A DNA stretch of 64,000 bases, taken from contig CM120641.1 of assembly GCA_051362555.1 (NCBI GenBank), positions 32,804,401 to 32,868,400 of the forward strand, in the 5' to 3' direction. Both the position numbers and the translations under genes were made by a program. The stretch is from Lingula anatina (taxonomy: Eukaryota; Animalia; Brachiopoda). Positions 26,537 to 39,100 of this stretch are shown piece by piece; the stretch's first letter is position 1, and every line of letters begins with the position of its first letter. A model generated the notes under the pieces. The model saw only the letters and a list, made by a program, of their open reading frames with translations. It ran no database searches and was not told where the DNA came from.

Positions 26537-27712
26537 TGTCCTGTAAACAGAAATAAAAACGAGATTAGATTTCTTTCATTTCTCAAACTTCCCTTCCAAA
26601 AAGAAAAAAAAATTACATACCTTAAGGAGTGTAGTCGAAGTCCCACAGGTGGCGCCCATCATCTTCTATGTCCTGTAAACAGAATTAAAAACGAGATTAG
26701 ATTTCTTTCATTTCTCAAACTCCCCTTCCAAAAAGAAAAAAAGATTACATACCTTAAGGAGTGTAGTCGAAGTCCCACAGGTGGCGCCCATCATCTTCTA
26801 TGTCCTGTAAACAGAAATAAAAACGAGATTAGATTTCTTTCACTTCTCAAACTCCCCTTCCAAAAAGAAAAAAAGATTACATACCTTAAGGAGTGAAGTC
26901 GAAGTCCCACAGGTGGCGCCATCATCTTCTATGTCCTGTAAACAGAAATAAAAACGAGATTAGATTTCTTTCATTTCTCAAACTCCCCTTCCAAAAAGAA
27001 AAAAGATTACATACCTTAAGGAGTGTAGTCGAAGTCCCACAGGTGGCGCCCATCATCTTCTATGTCCTGTAAACAAAAAATAAAAACGAGATTAGATTTC
27101 TTTCATTTCTCAAACCCCCCTTCCAAAAAGAAAAAAGATTACATACCTTAAGGAGTGTAGTCGAAGTCCCACAGGTGGCGCCCATCATCTTCTATGTCCT
27201 GTAAACAGAAATAAAAACGAGATTAGATTTCTTTCACTTCTCAAACTCCCCTTCCAAAAAGAAAAAAAGATTACATACCTTAAGGAGTGTAGTCGAAGTC
27301 CCACAGGTGGCGCCCATCATCTTCTATGTCCTGTAAACAGAAATAAAAACGAGATTAGATTTCTTTCACTTCTCAAACTCCCCTTCCAAAAAGAAAAAAA
27401 GATTACATACCTTAAGGAGTGTAGTCGAAGTCCCACAGGTGGCGCCCATCATCTTCTATGTCCTGTAAACAGAAATAAAAACGAGATTAGATTTCTTTCA
27501 CTTCTCAAACTTCCCTTCCAAAAAGAAAAAAAGATTACATACCTTAAGGAGTGTAGTCGAAGTCCCACAGGTGGCGCCCATCATCTTCTATGTCCTGTAA
27601 ACAGAAATAAAAACGAGATTAGATTTCTTTCATTTCTCAAACCCCCCTTCCAAAAAGAAAAAAAGATTACATACCTTAAGGAGTGTAGTCGAAATCCCAC
27701 AGGTGGCGCCCA
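26537..27712 (-). repeat. 132-bp tandem repeat, 9 copies; unit = 52-nt exon + 80-nt intron on the minus strand
   Basis: CTGTAAAC recurs at 26541, 26673, 26805, 26936, 27067, 27199, 27331, 27463, 27595; minus strand reads AAG|GTATGT...CTAAT...TTTTTATTTCTGTTTACAG|GAC. Confidence 0.95.
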
Positions 27713-28067
27713 CCAGTTTGCAGTCTGCTTCCTGGACCTGTAATAAAAAGAAACCTGGAAAGCATGGGAATATGCAATGACACTACGACTCCAGCCCACG
27801 ACAGCAAAAAGGTGAAGTATCCTGCGAAGATGACCGAGCGACGATTCCTCGTGGGGAGAAGCGAAGATTTTAGCTGGCCAGCTAAGAGAAACGCCGAATC
27901 CACCGTCTAGACGTCTGCGTGTGCAGGGAACAATTTGTCGAAGAGCGATGCGTTGACGTAGGATGAGTAGAAGATTCGGAGAAATGGGAGTCGACTCCCG
28001 TGTCCTTTGTGCTTGATACAGGGCGCAGCACATGGTATCCGTCCTGTTGCTCTAGATCTGTCCGCTG

Positions 28068-28153
28068 TTGAGTGAACGCACTTTTAAAATTTTGCGCTTT
28101 TATACCTTTGTTGACGTATAGTCACATGATGGCGTTCTTGTTGTCACCAATGG
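28068..28153 (-). promoter_or_regulatory. Pol II core promoter: TATA box, initiator, E-box, CCAAT
   Basis: Minus-strand TATAAAAG at 28104-28097; TCACT initiator with A at 28073 (31 nt downstream); GTCACATGA at 28121-28129; CCAAT near 28147; CpG-rich sequence downstream (27800-28070). Confidence 0.65.
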
Positions 28154-28663
28154 TCAACTTGTTCAAAGGGGATGGCCTTTGATAGTGATGCGCAAAGTTG
28201 GTAATAATATCTTATCAACATATACATTTTCTTTTATATTTTATATTTTGATTATTCTGCCTGTCAGTTTGTTTATAATAAGAGTAATAAGTTCTAAGCA
28301 ATGTCTGTGAAATGTGCAGGCAAATTTGATGAAAATTTCTGAGCAACATACCTTCTCCCTAAAATTTTTATAGGTACGATGTCCGTTAAGCTGGTAGCTG
28401 TGAACTTCTCGCAGGCTACTTTAGTGTGCGTGTATTTGAACACTGATCCAAAATGTGGATAATGTAATTTGGCGTAGGGTGACTGCATTTTTGAGGCAGC
28501 CTGAGGGAGTATGGTTGTTCTGATTGTAGTGAATTGTAGAGAGACAATTGGAAGTACACTGGACTTAGCATGTTCAGTCACCCAAGTACTCTGAAACACA
28601 TTTTGTAATCAGCTGACTTGTTATTCTGAAAAATGAAAAAACAAATTATATTGATTTACAAAA

Positions 28664-28983
28664 CTGGAAGATAGAAACAGTGGATCATATTACTTATGCC
28701 AGGCAGAAGAAACGACTGAATGTATATTTTTATATTCAAAACGTCTACTGATTTAGGTAATAATTAATAGCCTGGAAGATAGCAGCAGTGCATCATATTA
28801 CTAATGCAAGGCAGAAGAAACGAGTGAATGTATATGTCTATATTCAAAACGTCTACTGATTTAGGTAATAATTAATAGCCTGGAAGATAGCAGCAGTGGA
28901 TCATATTACTAATGCAAGGCAGAAGAAACGAGTGAATGTATATGTCTCTATTCAAAACGTCTACTGATTTAGGTAATAATTAA
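28664..28983. repeat. 108-bp tandem repeat, 3 copies
   Basis: CTGGAAGATAG at 28664, 28772, 28880. Confidence 0.95.
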
Positions 28984-31900
28984 CAACTGACGTCTCCCTT
29001 CATGGCGTCGGGTTATCAGTACTCCCACACCAGTAACATGAGTTATGAGTTGAGCAGAAACAGAAAAAGATTTTTTATAAAGATAATGCAAGTATATGTG
29101 TAGGCCCATTTATCTTTTTTTTATATTACTAAACGTAAGAATTGTTTGTCCAAGTGAAACTTTACTTACATCAGCCTAGCAACTAAATCTGACGTTTAAA
29201 CGTCTCCGAAAATAACTAGAATTTTTTGAATAACGCAATAATGCGGCCACCTTCGAGGTGTCGCCCGGTTTTTAAAAATTAAAAAAAGAAACTTTTCGGG
29301 GCGTCTTTTGTCGCGGGTCATTATTTTCAGTTGTTTGATGTTTTTTTGTAATATTTTAGCCATTGATAGAATCTATAATTCAGTTACATCCACGATTAGC
29401 TAGACGAAATGGTGTCAGGGAAAAGTCAAATTTTTTAAACGGCAAAAACTGCATTCTCTTAGAAAGCAATTAGCAAACATTCATTACTGTGAAAAATTCA
29501 ACCGAAGTTGAAGACAAAATGTGTCAAAAATAAACGTGCATGTCGTAATACCTATTTAAAGCAGTCTAATTTTTGTTAGTATTAAAAAACGTGTAAATAT
29601 TATCCACATAGGATATTTTTAAAGCCTTCGATATTTAAAATATTTAAACTTCCCATACTTTGAGGCATGCATGAGTCGGAAAATGTTTGCATAATTACAT
29701 AAAAAACTAGAATTATCTCTTTATGTGACCACAGTTTACTCATGTGCCTTACATCATTCCCTTAAACCCTTTCCCAGTATCGATTTCAGATATTTTTGAC
29801 ACATTTTGTCTTCATCTGAATCACGTGAACGTTATCAAGTGTCATAAGGCGTACATTACGAAAATATTTAGGTCTTGGAACGTGATTTGATGACTTTTTT
29901 AAATGCATATATATACAATTATAAATTTATAATTAAGTTATTTAATATCAAATTATAAGTTCTGACCGAGTTTTAAAATTTATTTTAGGAGGGGTAAAAA
30001 ACCCCAACCCCATCTAATATATATTGGATACATCCGTAGGCTTATGTCCTTAGAACTAGGCGTACAAAATGTGTCTTCTAGCTAAAGTTATTATTATGGT
30101 GTATGTGTAATTAAAAAAAACTACGTAAGAGTGACAATAGGTCATGTGTTTCGAATGCACCCCCACTCTCCGATCAGACATTGCTTTTGTATAATTCACA
30201 GTCCATCTTCGTTGTAGTTTGTGACTTTACGTCATTTCTTAGTGAAGCGGTGTTGTCCTCAATTTACCTTAAATGTCCAAATTACTAAGAAGAAACCACT
30301 TGCAAGAATTATAAGGCTTTTTATACTGCTAGGTCTATAGATGTGATACACACGATATTTTGCAACCCCACAAAATCTGTTTCTTAAAATTTTGGTTCCA
30401 CCACAAAGCTTAGCACTATCATTCTTTTTTGCTTTATTGATATATTTTCAGTACACAAATATCCATTGTCTGTTGCCCAATTTTGCACAAAATTAAGATA
30501 ATCCCCAAAACCTCATTAATTGTGTTTCCTCCATCCCAAAAAATATTAAAAATTTCTCCTCATAATTTAGTAGTGCACTGGCATCTACACAGTACATAAA
30601 TGTATCATTATAATAACGTCTTGTTCTTACTGATAACATAATTAGCTTAATTCCATAACAATTCTAAAATGTTAATAACAATGAAAATTCAAAGTAGATG
30701 GCAAGATTCTTATTGTGCTGATAAAGATAAAATATGTAAATTCAATACTGATTAGGTACTGTATACTGGCTCATTGAAAAAAGGGAACCGTTTCACAAAA
30801 AAATTAAGCTTAGACTGCTAAATCTGGATAGCCAACTATACAAAGTCAACTTTGCGATATTGTCTTACAACTACAATTTTTTAAGAATGATTGGTCCACA
30901 GTTGATGAGTAGAATATACATAAATGGGCTACTGACACCACTGCAAGTAAAAGACTTGCCAAGACAATCAAAATGTAAATCAAAGGAAAGTGAAAAGAAA
31001 GTAAAAAGACTGGAAAAAATGAGGCAAAATTGATAACTTGGTTAATGAGCGAACAATACTCTAGTTTTGATTAAATCAGAACTTTTCTTGCACCTTTTCT
31101 TGGGGAATAGGGGATTGGTGTAGTGAAAGCCCAACCTTAACCTTTGGATGTTATTCTCATTAAACATATGCATAAAAGACAAAATTTAGACCACAAATAG
31201 ATTCATGCAATCTACCAACCTTTTTTACAGTGAGTCATTGCAACTTATCAGTTATTTCTGGCCTAGGTTATCTGTAAGATTCTTAAAACTGTGAAGTGCA
31301 ACTTAGCCAGCTAAGTCTTTATAGGCTCAGATTTTAGACTACAAACCAGCTTCAAACATTTAGTAAAGCAAGTGCAAGGAATAGTTAGTTTGAAGGCTCT
31401 GCCTCCCCATAGGGTGAGAACAAACACAGTCACACTGTATGATACATTACAGAAAACATTGGTTAAAAATATACACTGGAATTTTACATTTTCACTAGTA
31501 TAGAATCAATTTGATTTCTAAAACTGACTTATTATAAAAATACTCCTGTCAATTTAAAACTTTTTCATAAAGCATATCTGAAATACACTGATAAAATGTT
31601 ATTAAAAATATCAAAATTTGATATTCACAGATAAAATAGGCTCAAGTCAAAATGATTAAGACAATTATTGAAGCATTATTCAAACCCCAATTTTGATTAT
31701 TTTCATACAATTAGTGATTCACAAGTTCTTTAACAGAGTTGTACCTAATCTGACTACATGATATCTATCAAAATCTCTCTAAAATCAAGTGACAAAAAAT
31801 GCCCACAGTTTCAAGCACCATAAAATATGGCTTAAGTAAGTAATATCCTCAATTGTTTCATAATAAACGTCATGTCACTTGAATGTACCATTCTCCAGAA

Positions 31901-32147
31901 AAAAAGATGAACTTGCAAGGTTTGATAAGTCTGCGTTTACAGGTAGATGTCATAGTTTAATATACATGAGGCAGCTTTATATCGTGGTCAACAATATTAC
32001 ATTATATCAGTTTCTCTAGCCTCCATGTCTTATTCGTCATAATATTTTGATTTTCAAATTCAGGGTCCCCTAGTAAAAGATCTTGCATTTCCTCTTGATC
32101 ACAGAAGAATCTGAGTTAAGAATACAGTTGAGAATACAGAGTTAAAA

Positions 32148-32253
32148 TTAGGCCTCTCCTCTCCACTCGGGGTCCTCTTGCAACTGAACCTGGCTGACAT
32201 CCATGGTTACATCTTGAAAAATAATATATTCCCAAAAAAGTTTAAATGGTGCA

Positions 32254-32291
<38 letters not shown>

Positions 32292-35200
32292 TAAAATCAA
32301 TAAATCTTGGACACATTACTTGTCGTACGTCTGAATAACATGACAGACAAGAAGAAAATAGTTGCTCTTGAAAATGGACTTTAAGTAATGAAAATGCAAG
32401 ATGACAGCTAGTAGATAGTACATGTGCATGCAATTTATTTGAAATTCTGACTTTTCAGTCCTAATGATTTAGATTATTTATAGCCAATAATCTGAGAAAA
32501 TAAAATATTCAACAGAAAAATTGATTGCAATAAATCCTGCTCGTACCTGACTGCTTAATATTCACTGCAGCAAACCTCTCTACGACATCGTCGAGCTGAT
32601 CAGTAGGGTCATCGTAATCACATCCTGTGTACGCTTTTTTCTCGAGGCAGTACTTAAGGAAACTACACCAAAGAGAAGTTGAAAATAAAGAAAGAATTGC
32701 CTACTTTCTTTTGTCTTTCTGTATGGACTTTCATTCACAATAAAAGAAAGAATTGCCTAGTAGACACTATTTTGTCTGTCAGTTTGGAGTTTAATTTACA
32801 TGTTTTTTAACTTTCCTTTTTTTTCTATTTTTTTTTTCATTTAACAGTCTGTCTGAACTAAAACATAATAGCTTTCTCTTTTTCATCTTTCTATCCTCTG
32901 TTTTTTTTTTTTTGTCAGTCTGTCTGAACAAACATTAAAAATTTAATTTATGAACTTTATTAAATCCTTAACATTTCTTTTTTTGTTGGTTTGTCTGTCT
33001 GTCTGAACAAGAGTTCTTAGAAACAATGAGATTAAATAAAGATTAAATAAAGGAAAAAAATTTTGAACCTAACATGGCTGATTTGTGTTTGGTTTGAAAA
33101 AGTCTTATAATTTGCTTACTGATCAAATAAATTAAAATAATTCACTTCACCTGTTCCAATGTTCATCTTGCGAAAGAAGAAACGGATTCCCTACAACAAT
33201 CAATAGGGCCTTTGCTCTTGTGATCGACACATTAAACCTCTGAAAAAAAAATTAATCCCACATGTAACTGTATGTGCGGGTGAACACTGAAGACAGTATA
33301 GTCTGAGACTAACTGTTCATATCTCTTCTGTGAATTCCGCATCACATGGCATAGTCTCTGCAGTGCCATAGTGGAAAGAAATGATGAAAATAGTATGGAC
33401 TATAGCTGTTTAAATAACCTTACATTTCAAAATATGTGTGTGCACATCCACATGTACAAAGTCTTATGAATTATGTGTTCACGCATGTACATATGCCATA
33501 GCACAATCATGGTAATGACACTATCTTTTCAATGGGCAAAAATTATCAAACTTTCAAATGTATACCTTTATAAACACACAAAGTATATAGTATTAGTGGT
33601 ACTCTTACTGCACAGATTAGAACTATAGAGTAGCTTACTTTTTTATTCTGTTGTGACCATCAAATAGGAATTGGGTAGGAGTATCAAAATTTTAAAAATT
33701 AATGGCCTAAAAAATACCGCATCTGTAAAATTCACGATTTCCCCCCCACTGAAAAAAAATCAAGTTATTACCATATGCTGAGGTGGCACTAGCAATTTTT
33801 TCTAAAGCCAAATTACTACTTTTTCATCACTTTTTTCTCCAAAATGGTTTAAATTTGACTAAAATAAGTCAAATCAACCCTATTTTGTTTAGCCAATTGA
33901 AGTCAGTTTTAGCATTTGGCTTAATTGGGCAGTGTTAACTCTACCCCAGTTTGTGTGTCCACATGCATAAGTGTACAAATGACTGACCTTTGGGTTCTTT
34001 AAAAAGCCCAGCTTGAACTCTGCGTCCAGAGCCAGGTAATCGGGGTTACTCCTCACGGTGGACACCATGATGACCCGTCTCTCCTGACCCTGAAATTCCT
34101 CCACACTGCCCACCTTTATGTCCCGAAAGTTTTTCTTGAACAGCAGTTGCCTCAGTTTTTGAACCTGTGGAGAGAATAAAAAGGGATGTCTGTGCATTTA
34201 CAGGCCCGTAACCAGCAATTTCAAAAGGGGGGTTCTTTTTCTGAAAAAGTGGACCTTTTTCCATAAAAACTTCATGTACCTAGATCAAATTTTACCCACA
34301 GTGGACCTTTTCCCAGCAAAAGTGGCAGTTCTGTAAAACCCCCGAACCCCCCCTGGCTATGCGCCTGATTTAATACTCATCCGTTACATTCAGCATTTAC
34401 TTTATCTTTATCTTATTTTACTAGTAGTTAGCCATAACTCTGAACAGGCTGCATATTGTTAGTACATTACATTATAACCAAGCTCAGGTGGATTAGTAAT
34501 TGAATTTGCCATGTGAGATGGGAGTGAGCAAATTCACCACAATTTTAATTTTAATTTTTTAAATTTTTCTTTATACTTTATCACATGTACACTTCTGTAG
34601 TTAAAGTAGGACTTTTCATAAGCCTAACAGTACCATATCTATAACATACTATTAACTCAGATGTATTGTGGCTGTACTTTAAGGTAAATGGAATGTTGGA
34701 CCTTTAAAGAATGTTGACTACTGGCTCTTTAGAGCTACGCCACATTCTTAGAATCTATTGCCCTAACTAAGCAAAAAGGCCCAGTTAATAATTGTAAACA
34801 AATTTGCAAAGTTTTACTAGGCAGCTTCAATTAATTGGCATTTGGCCTGAAGCCCGATTTGATATTGCAAACTGTTGTTAGTAACTTGAAAAGGGAGAGG
34901 GACTGGGGAGGGGTTGCCTGTATTCATCATGGAATAAGCTCTGTCATATTTCCCTCACTTGTTTTCTGTAGGGGGAAATAATTCCAATTTCATTCTGCAA
35001 GACTCGGATGCCTCTGGCCTCCAGTAGCTTCTCCACATATCCCAACACAATAGTTGCTTCTTCTGGATTGAAGAATGATGGACTCCTTTCCTCCCTCATG
35101 TCCTCCCCAACCACTCCATGGAATACAAAGGGACACCCCATTTTTGGTAAACCTTCCCAGTTGCAGAGGGACTCCCTGGCAAGTCGGTCAGCACAGGCTT

Positions 35201-35413
35201 CTAGCTCGTTGTCGTAGAACTGTTCATTTGGAAGCTTGAGGATAGCAGGATGTGATCTGTAGTTTTTGAGGAGTTTTGTAAGGAGGAATGGGTTGTAATG
35301 GCCTTGACGTTGGTACAGTACATCTTGATCGTCGTCATCTGAGCCAGGACTCGAACCACCCCTCTTCTTGTACACATCACAGTAGGTCATGTATCTTTCT
35401 AAGAGTGAGAGTC
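32148..35413 (-). CDS. MOV10: MOV10 (UPF1-like SF1 RNA helicase), last five coding exons only
   Basis: Exons 35413-34959, 34164-33988, 33239-33151, 32662-32547, 32212-32148 splice in frame without stops: GLSLLERYM..TKLLKNYRSHPAIL..SPSFFNPEEA..GIISPYRKQ|VQK..KVGSVEEFQGQER..STVRS..LGFLKNPK|RFNVSITRAKALLIVVGNP..YTGC..EDPEWRGEA*. The C-terminal EPEWR-type motif fits MOV10 better than MOV10L1 or UPF1. Confidence 0.92.
34201..34367 (-). mobile_element. ~165-bp MITE (CAGGCCCGTAGCCAG TIR family) in a MOV10 intron
   Basis: Same family, reverse orientation; ATTTA duplicated on both sides. Confidence 0.9.
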
Positions 35414-36159
35414 CTGTAAGACATTAAAATGATGAGACATTTCATATACATGTATAAATATATAAATGAAGTTATTCTTTATCAAAGAAACTAAATAACT
35501 ATGAGGTTCAAAAGGTTTTAATCTCACCATTATATGTACAAAAGAGATGAAAGAGACATTTTGTCAATGCTTAAGTACAAAATCTCTACTACCACATGTA
35601 AAAGTATTTCAGTGTTTGCAATTTTACCAGAGCTTATAGAACTACCAAAAAAAAACTGATCCTTGTCAAAACCTAGTCCTAGTCAAAAGAAAGACTTTCT
35701 TTTGTCAAATTTAAAATTATTGAAGGAATAATTCTTGGCACATCCATAGCAGTAAAAATGTTTCATTAATTGCATTACCTTTTATTTTACTTAAATCTTA
35801 GAAGCAGAAATCACTGGTCAATAAAAAGCTTTTAGAATAAGTCCTACATGTATATGATTTTACCAGACTCTCAAACACCTTTGTAAATATTATAGTTAAT
35901 CATAGTACTTTTGTCCACAATTTTCAACTTCACTTTTCTTTTAGTCATAGTCTTATTTCATTTTTATTTAAGCCCGAGGTAGTAATGTAACTTCCCCTTT
36001 TAATGCATTTCATAACACATACACTCACACACACTGGCAGATTAAAACTTTACTATTACTCATATTATCATTTTTATCATAATGGCTGTTGGGGGCATAT
36101 TATTATAATTAAATATATTAAAAACTATTATAATTATAATTATATATATTAAAAACTTA

Positions 36160-39100
36160 TTTGCAATATAAAACAAAATTTACCTGCATAATTATCACTG
36201 CTTCCTTATTATTAATCCAGCAGAGAGCTTAACCTTTGGGAGTTTACAGGGAAATATCAACAAGTGTGCTTTATGTAATCTCATTTAATGGCCTATTAAT
36301 TAGGCAAATGACTTTATAACTTTATAACTTAGCCTAGTGAGACCCAAGGGAAATTTACAGACTGACCCTCTCAAAGGTCTTCAGGCCCATAAGTCACACC
36401 CTTAAGAAATGCACAAAACAATAATGCACAAAATAGGAGACTATCAATTCTGATACAATAATACATTATGTTTAACTGCACAGTCAACATCAAATGTTTT
36501 AAAATTATGCACAACAGGTAACACCGACGAAAGTAAAAGCATAAGGCTTCAGGCCCATCAGAGTTCAAGTTTATACTTAAAAAGTGCCAAAATGAGAAAA
36601 ATGAAAATTTCACAAAAAATGCATAAATTTAATAAAAGTGATAATCTAATAGAGCTGGTTTTCTAATATGAGCTGTATGTCAATCCGAAGAATCATTCTT
36701 GTAAGACTAGTTGAAAAATTAGAAAGTAACAGTTTTCTTTCTATAACGTTAATGGTGGCAGTGTACAAGAGGTTTTTTGTCAATTTTGATGCAACATTAC
36801 ATAATGATTAACTGTATAAATACCACCAATTTTTAAATATCTACTATTAAAAACATGGACATTAAAAAAAGGTGATTACCACTGGGCTTCATGCCCAAGG
36901 GAGCTCTAAGTCCCACATTGAAAATTCCAGTATGTGAAAGATAAATATTTTCACAAAAAACCTCTATAACTTCCAGAAAATTAACTAATGAGACAGATTT
37001 TCCAACTGAAGCTGTATTTCAGTCCTATGTTTCTTTCCTTTAAGTGTAAAAAGAGCAAGTGACATGGTTTTCCTTTCACGGTCACTAAGGAGGCAGTGCC
37101 TAAAATAGGGTTTTGTTCAATTTTGATGCAATATTACATAATGCTTAACAGCATAATAACCATCAGTTTTTTAATGATAAAATAAAACTATCATGGATAT
37201 TCACAAAATGTGTCTAGCCCATAGAGTTCAGAAACACTTTGAAAATCCCAAAATCTAAACAAGAGAAACTGTATTAAAAAGAGTTTATTTCCATTTTCAA
37301 TACCTTTTTTACATGAAAAAAAATAATCGATTTACTGTCATTTTTATATGATCAATTAAAATATGTTGCCAAAGGAAAAATATCAATAGAACAAATTTAA
37401 ATGTCCAACTTGCTCCATTCTGAGATTCTTAACTTAGTGAATGATTGAATCTGACGAACTTCAATGATATGAGTTCCCTTCCATTTTTGATACTTTATTA
37501 CACAATGCACAATAAAAGGTGTACTGTCATTTTTATATAATCAACTAACAATATTTTTAAGAAGCAGAAAATGTCAAAACAACACTTTTACATATCTAAT
37601 TTGTTCCATATTGAGACTGTTAACATGCCTTAGAATTAAATCTGAAGAAAAGCCACTTATATGCAAAAAGGCTAATAACTTCATCAAAACTTAACTGATC
37701 AAGCTTATTTTCAAACTTGATCTGTATATTAGTCAGACTGATCACTCCTGTAAGTTTCAAGACAAAAGGCTGATTGGTTTTCCTTAAAATGTGTTATCAG
37801 TGTTGCATATATGCTGAATAATGGAAAAAAAACAGCATAACTTTAAATTTGTAAAAATAGTCCAATCAAGCCAATTTTTGAACTTGACCTGTGTATTATG
37901 AATGTTCATCAGTTCTGTAAGTTTCAAGCCAAAAGGTAAAATGGTTTTCCACTTATCGTGTTATCAGTGCTGCATATATGCTGAGAAAATGCAGAAAATG
38001 GTTCATTTTGTTAATTTTGATGCAATAATAAATCATGCCTACAATAGCACTGTCAATCAACACTGAATTTTAATCATGCACAACAGGTGACATCGTCAAT
38101 AACAGGAGCGGATCCAGAGATATTTTCTGACAGTATTCCAAATTATCTTTGTTGATCCATCCTACATTTTTGATGGTCTTCCAACAGAAAAAAAACAGAT
38201 ACCCATCAATATGAACTTTAAAATCTGAAAGACCCAGAAGACGGCCTCAATCCACCCCTGCAATAAGATTACAGTTTCAGGACCAAATTCACATAATGAA
38301 AATCCCAATATTTGAATAATGATGACAATGCATAAAATAATATTACATAATGTTTAAAGACATAAAAACCAATGCAACTGTTTATGTGGAAATACAGAGA
38401 ATGTGAAGAGCTTCAGGTGGATGGGAGCTGAAAATGCCAGTGTTTGAAAAATAAATTAAAAAGAAAACACAACAAAAATATCCCATTAAAGCTGCTATTC
38501 AAACTTTTAATCTTGCTGTAATAACATGATATGAATAACCCCAATGTGTTTGAGGATAATAAGGCACTGTTATTCAATATTTTTTTCTTTTGTTAACTTA
38601 TTTGCAATATTAAACAACATTTACCTGCATAATTATCAGATTCCTAATTATGTGACACAGTTAAGAGAGCTTAACCTATGGGACTTTACTGGGAAATCTC
38701 AACGTGTGTTTTATGTAATCTTATTTAATGGGCACTTGGAAATTAATTAGGCAAATGATTTTATAGCTCTGAATTTAGCTTGTGACTACCCCAAGGGACA
38801 ATTACCACCATCCATAAACAGTAGCCCCATATAGCACTCTATAGAGCTGCATTGCTTCCAGAACAGAAAACCATCACTCTGATTTTCCAACACAAACTGC
38901 ACGTCAGTCTTACAAAACTTTTCAGTAAGTTTGAGTATCATAAGTAACATGGTTTTTCCTTAATGGTCATTCCGGCAGCCATTTCCAAAATAGGGTTTTC
39001 TTCAACTTTTATGCAATATAACATAATGACCATCAATTTTTAATAATAAAATAAAAGTATCATGGATATACAGAAAATGTGACATGGAAAGGTCTTCAAG

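Larger units (their letters stand above)
21500..28073 (-). ncRNA. Predicted multi-exon, repeat-built transcript, lncRNA-like or encoding only a short 5' ORF; 3' end uncertain
   Basis: TATA+Inr at 28104/28073; AG/GT-bounded exon candidates 27737-27675, eight 51-52-nt microexons in 27594-26621, 26540-26170, 26101-25500, ~25040-24907, ~24680-24536, 24207-23491, ~22880-22781, and from ~22308 downward; stop codons in all frames of several exons. No expression evidence available. Confidence 0.55.

Noticed and set aside
26541-26620. 80-nt repeat intron as a mirtron or snoRNA
   Set aside because: No extended 5'-3' hairpin and no terminal C/D or H/ACA boxes visible.
26513-26896. Plus-strand 127-aa repetitive ORF
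   Set aside because: Translation of the 132-bp repeat, broken by 1-bp indels in later units; the splice signals are on the opposite strand.
23530-27712. CRISPR-like arrays
   Set aside because: Units are contiguous near-identical tandem repeats without unique spacers, the context is eukaryotic, and there are no cas genes.
28294-28599. 101-aa minus-strand ORF
   Set aside because: No ATG start and no recognisable motif; it may be the last exon of another decayed unit but this is unsupported.
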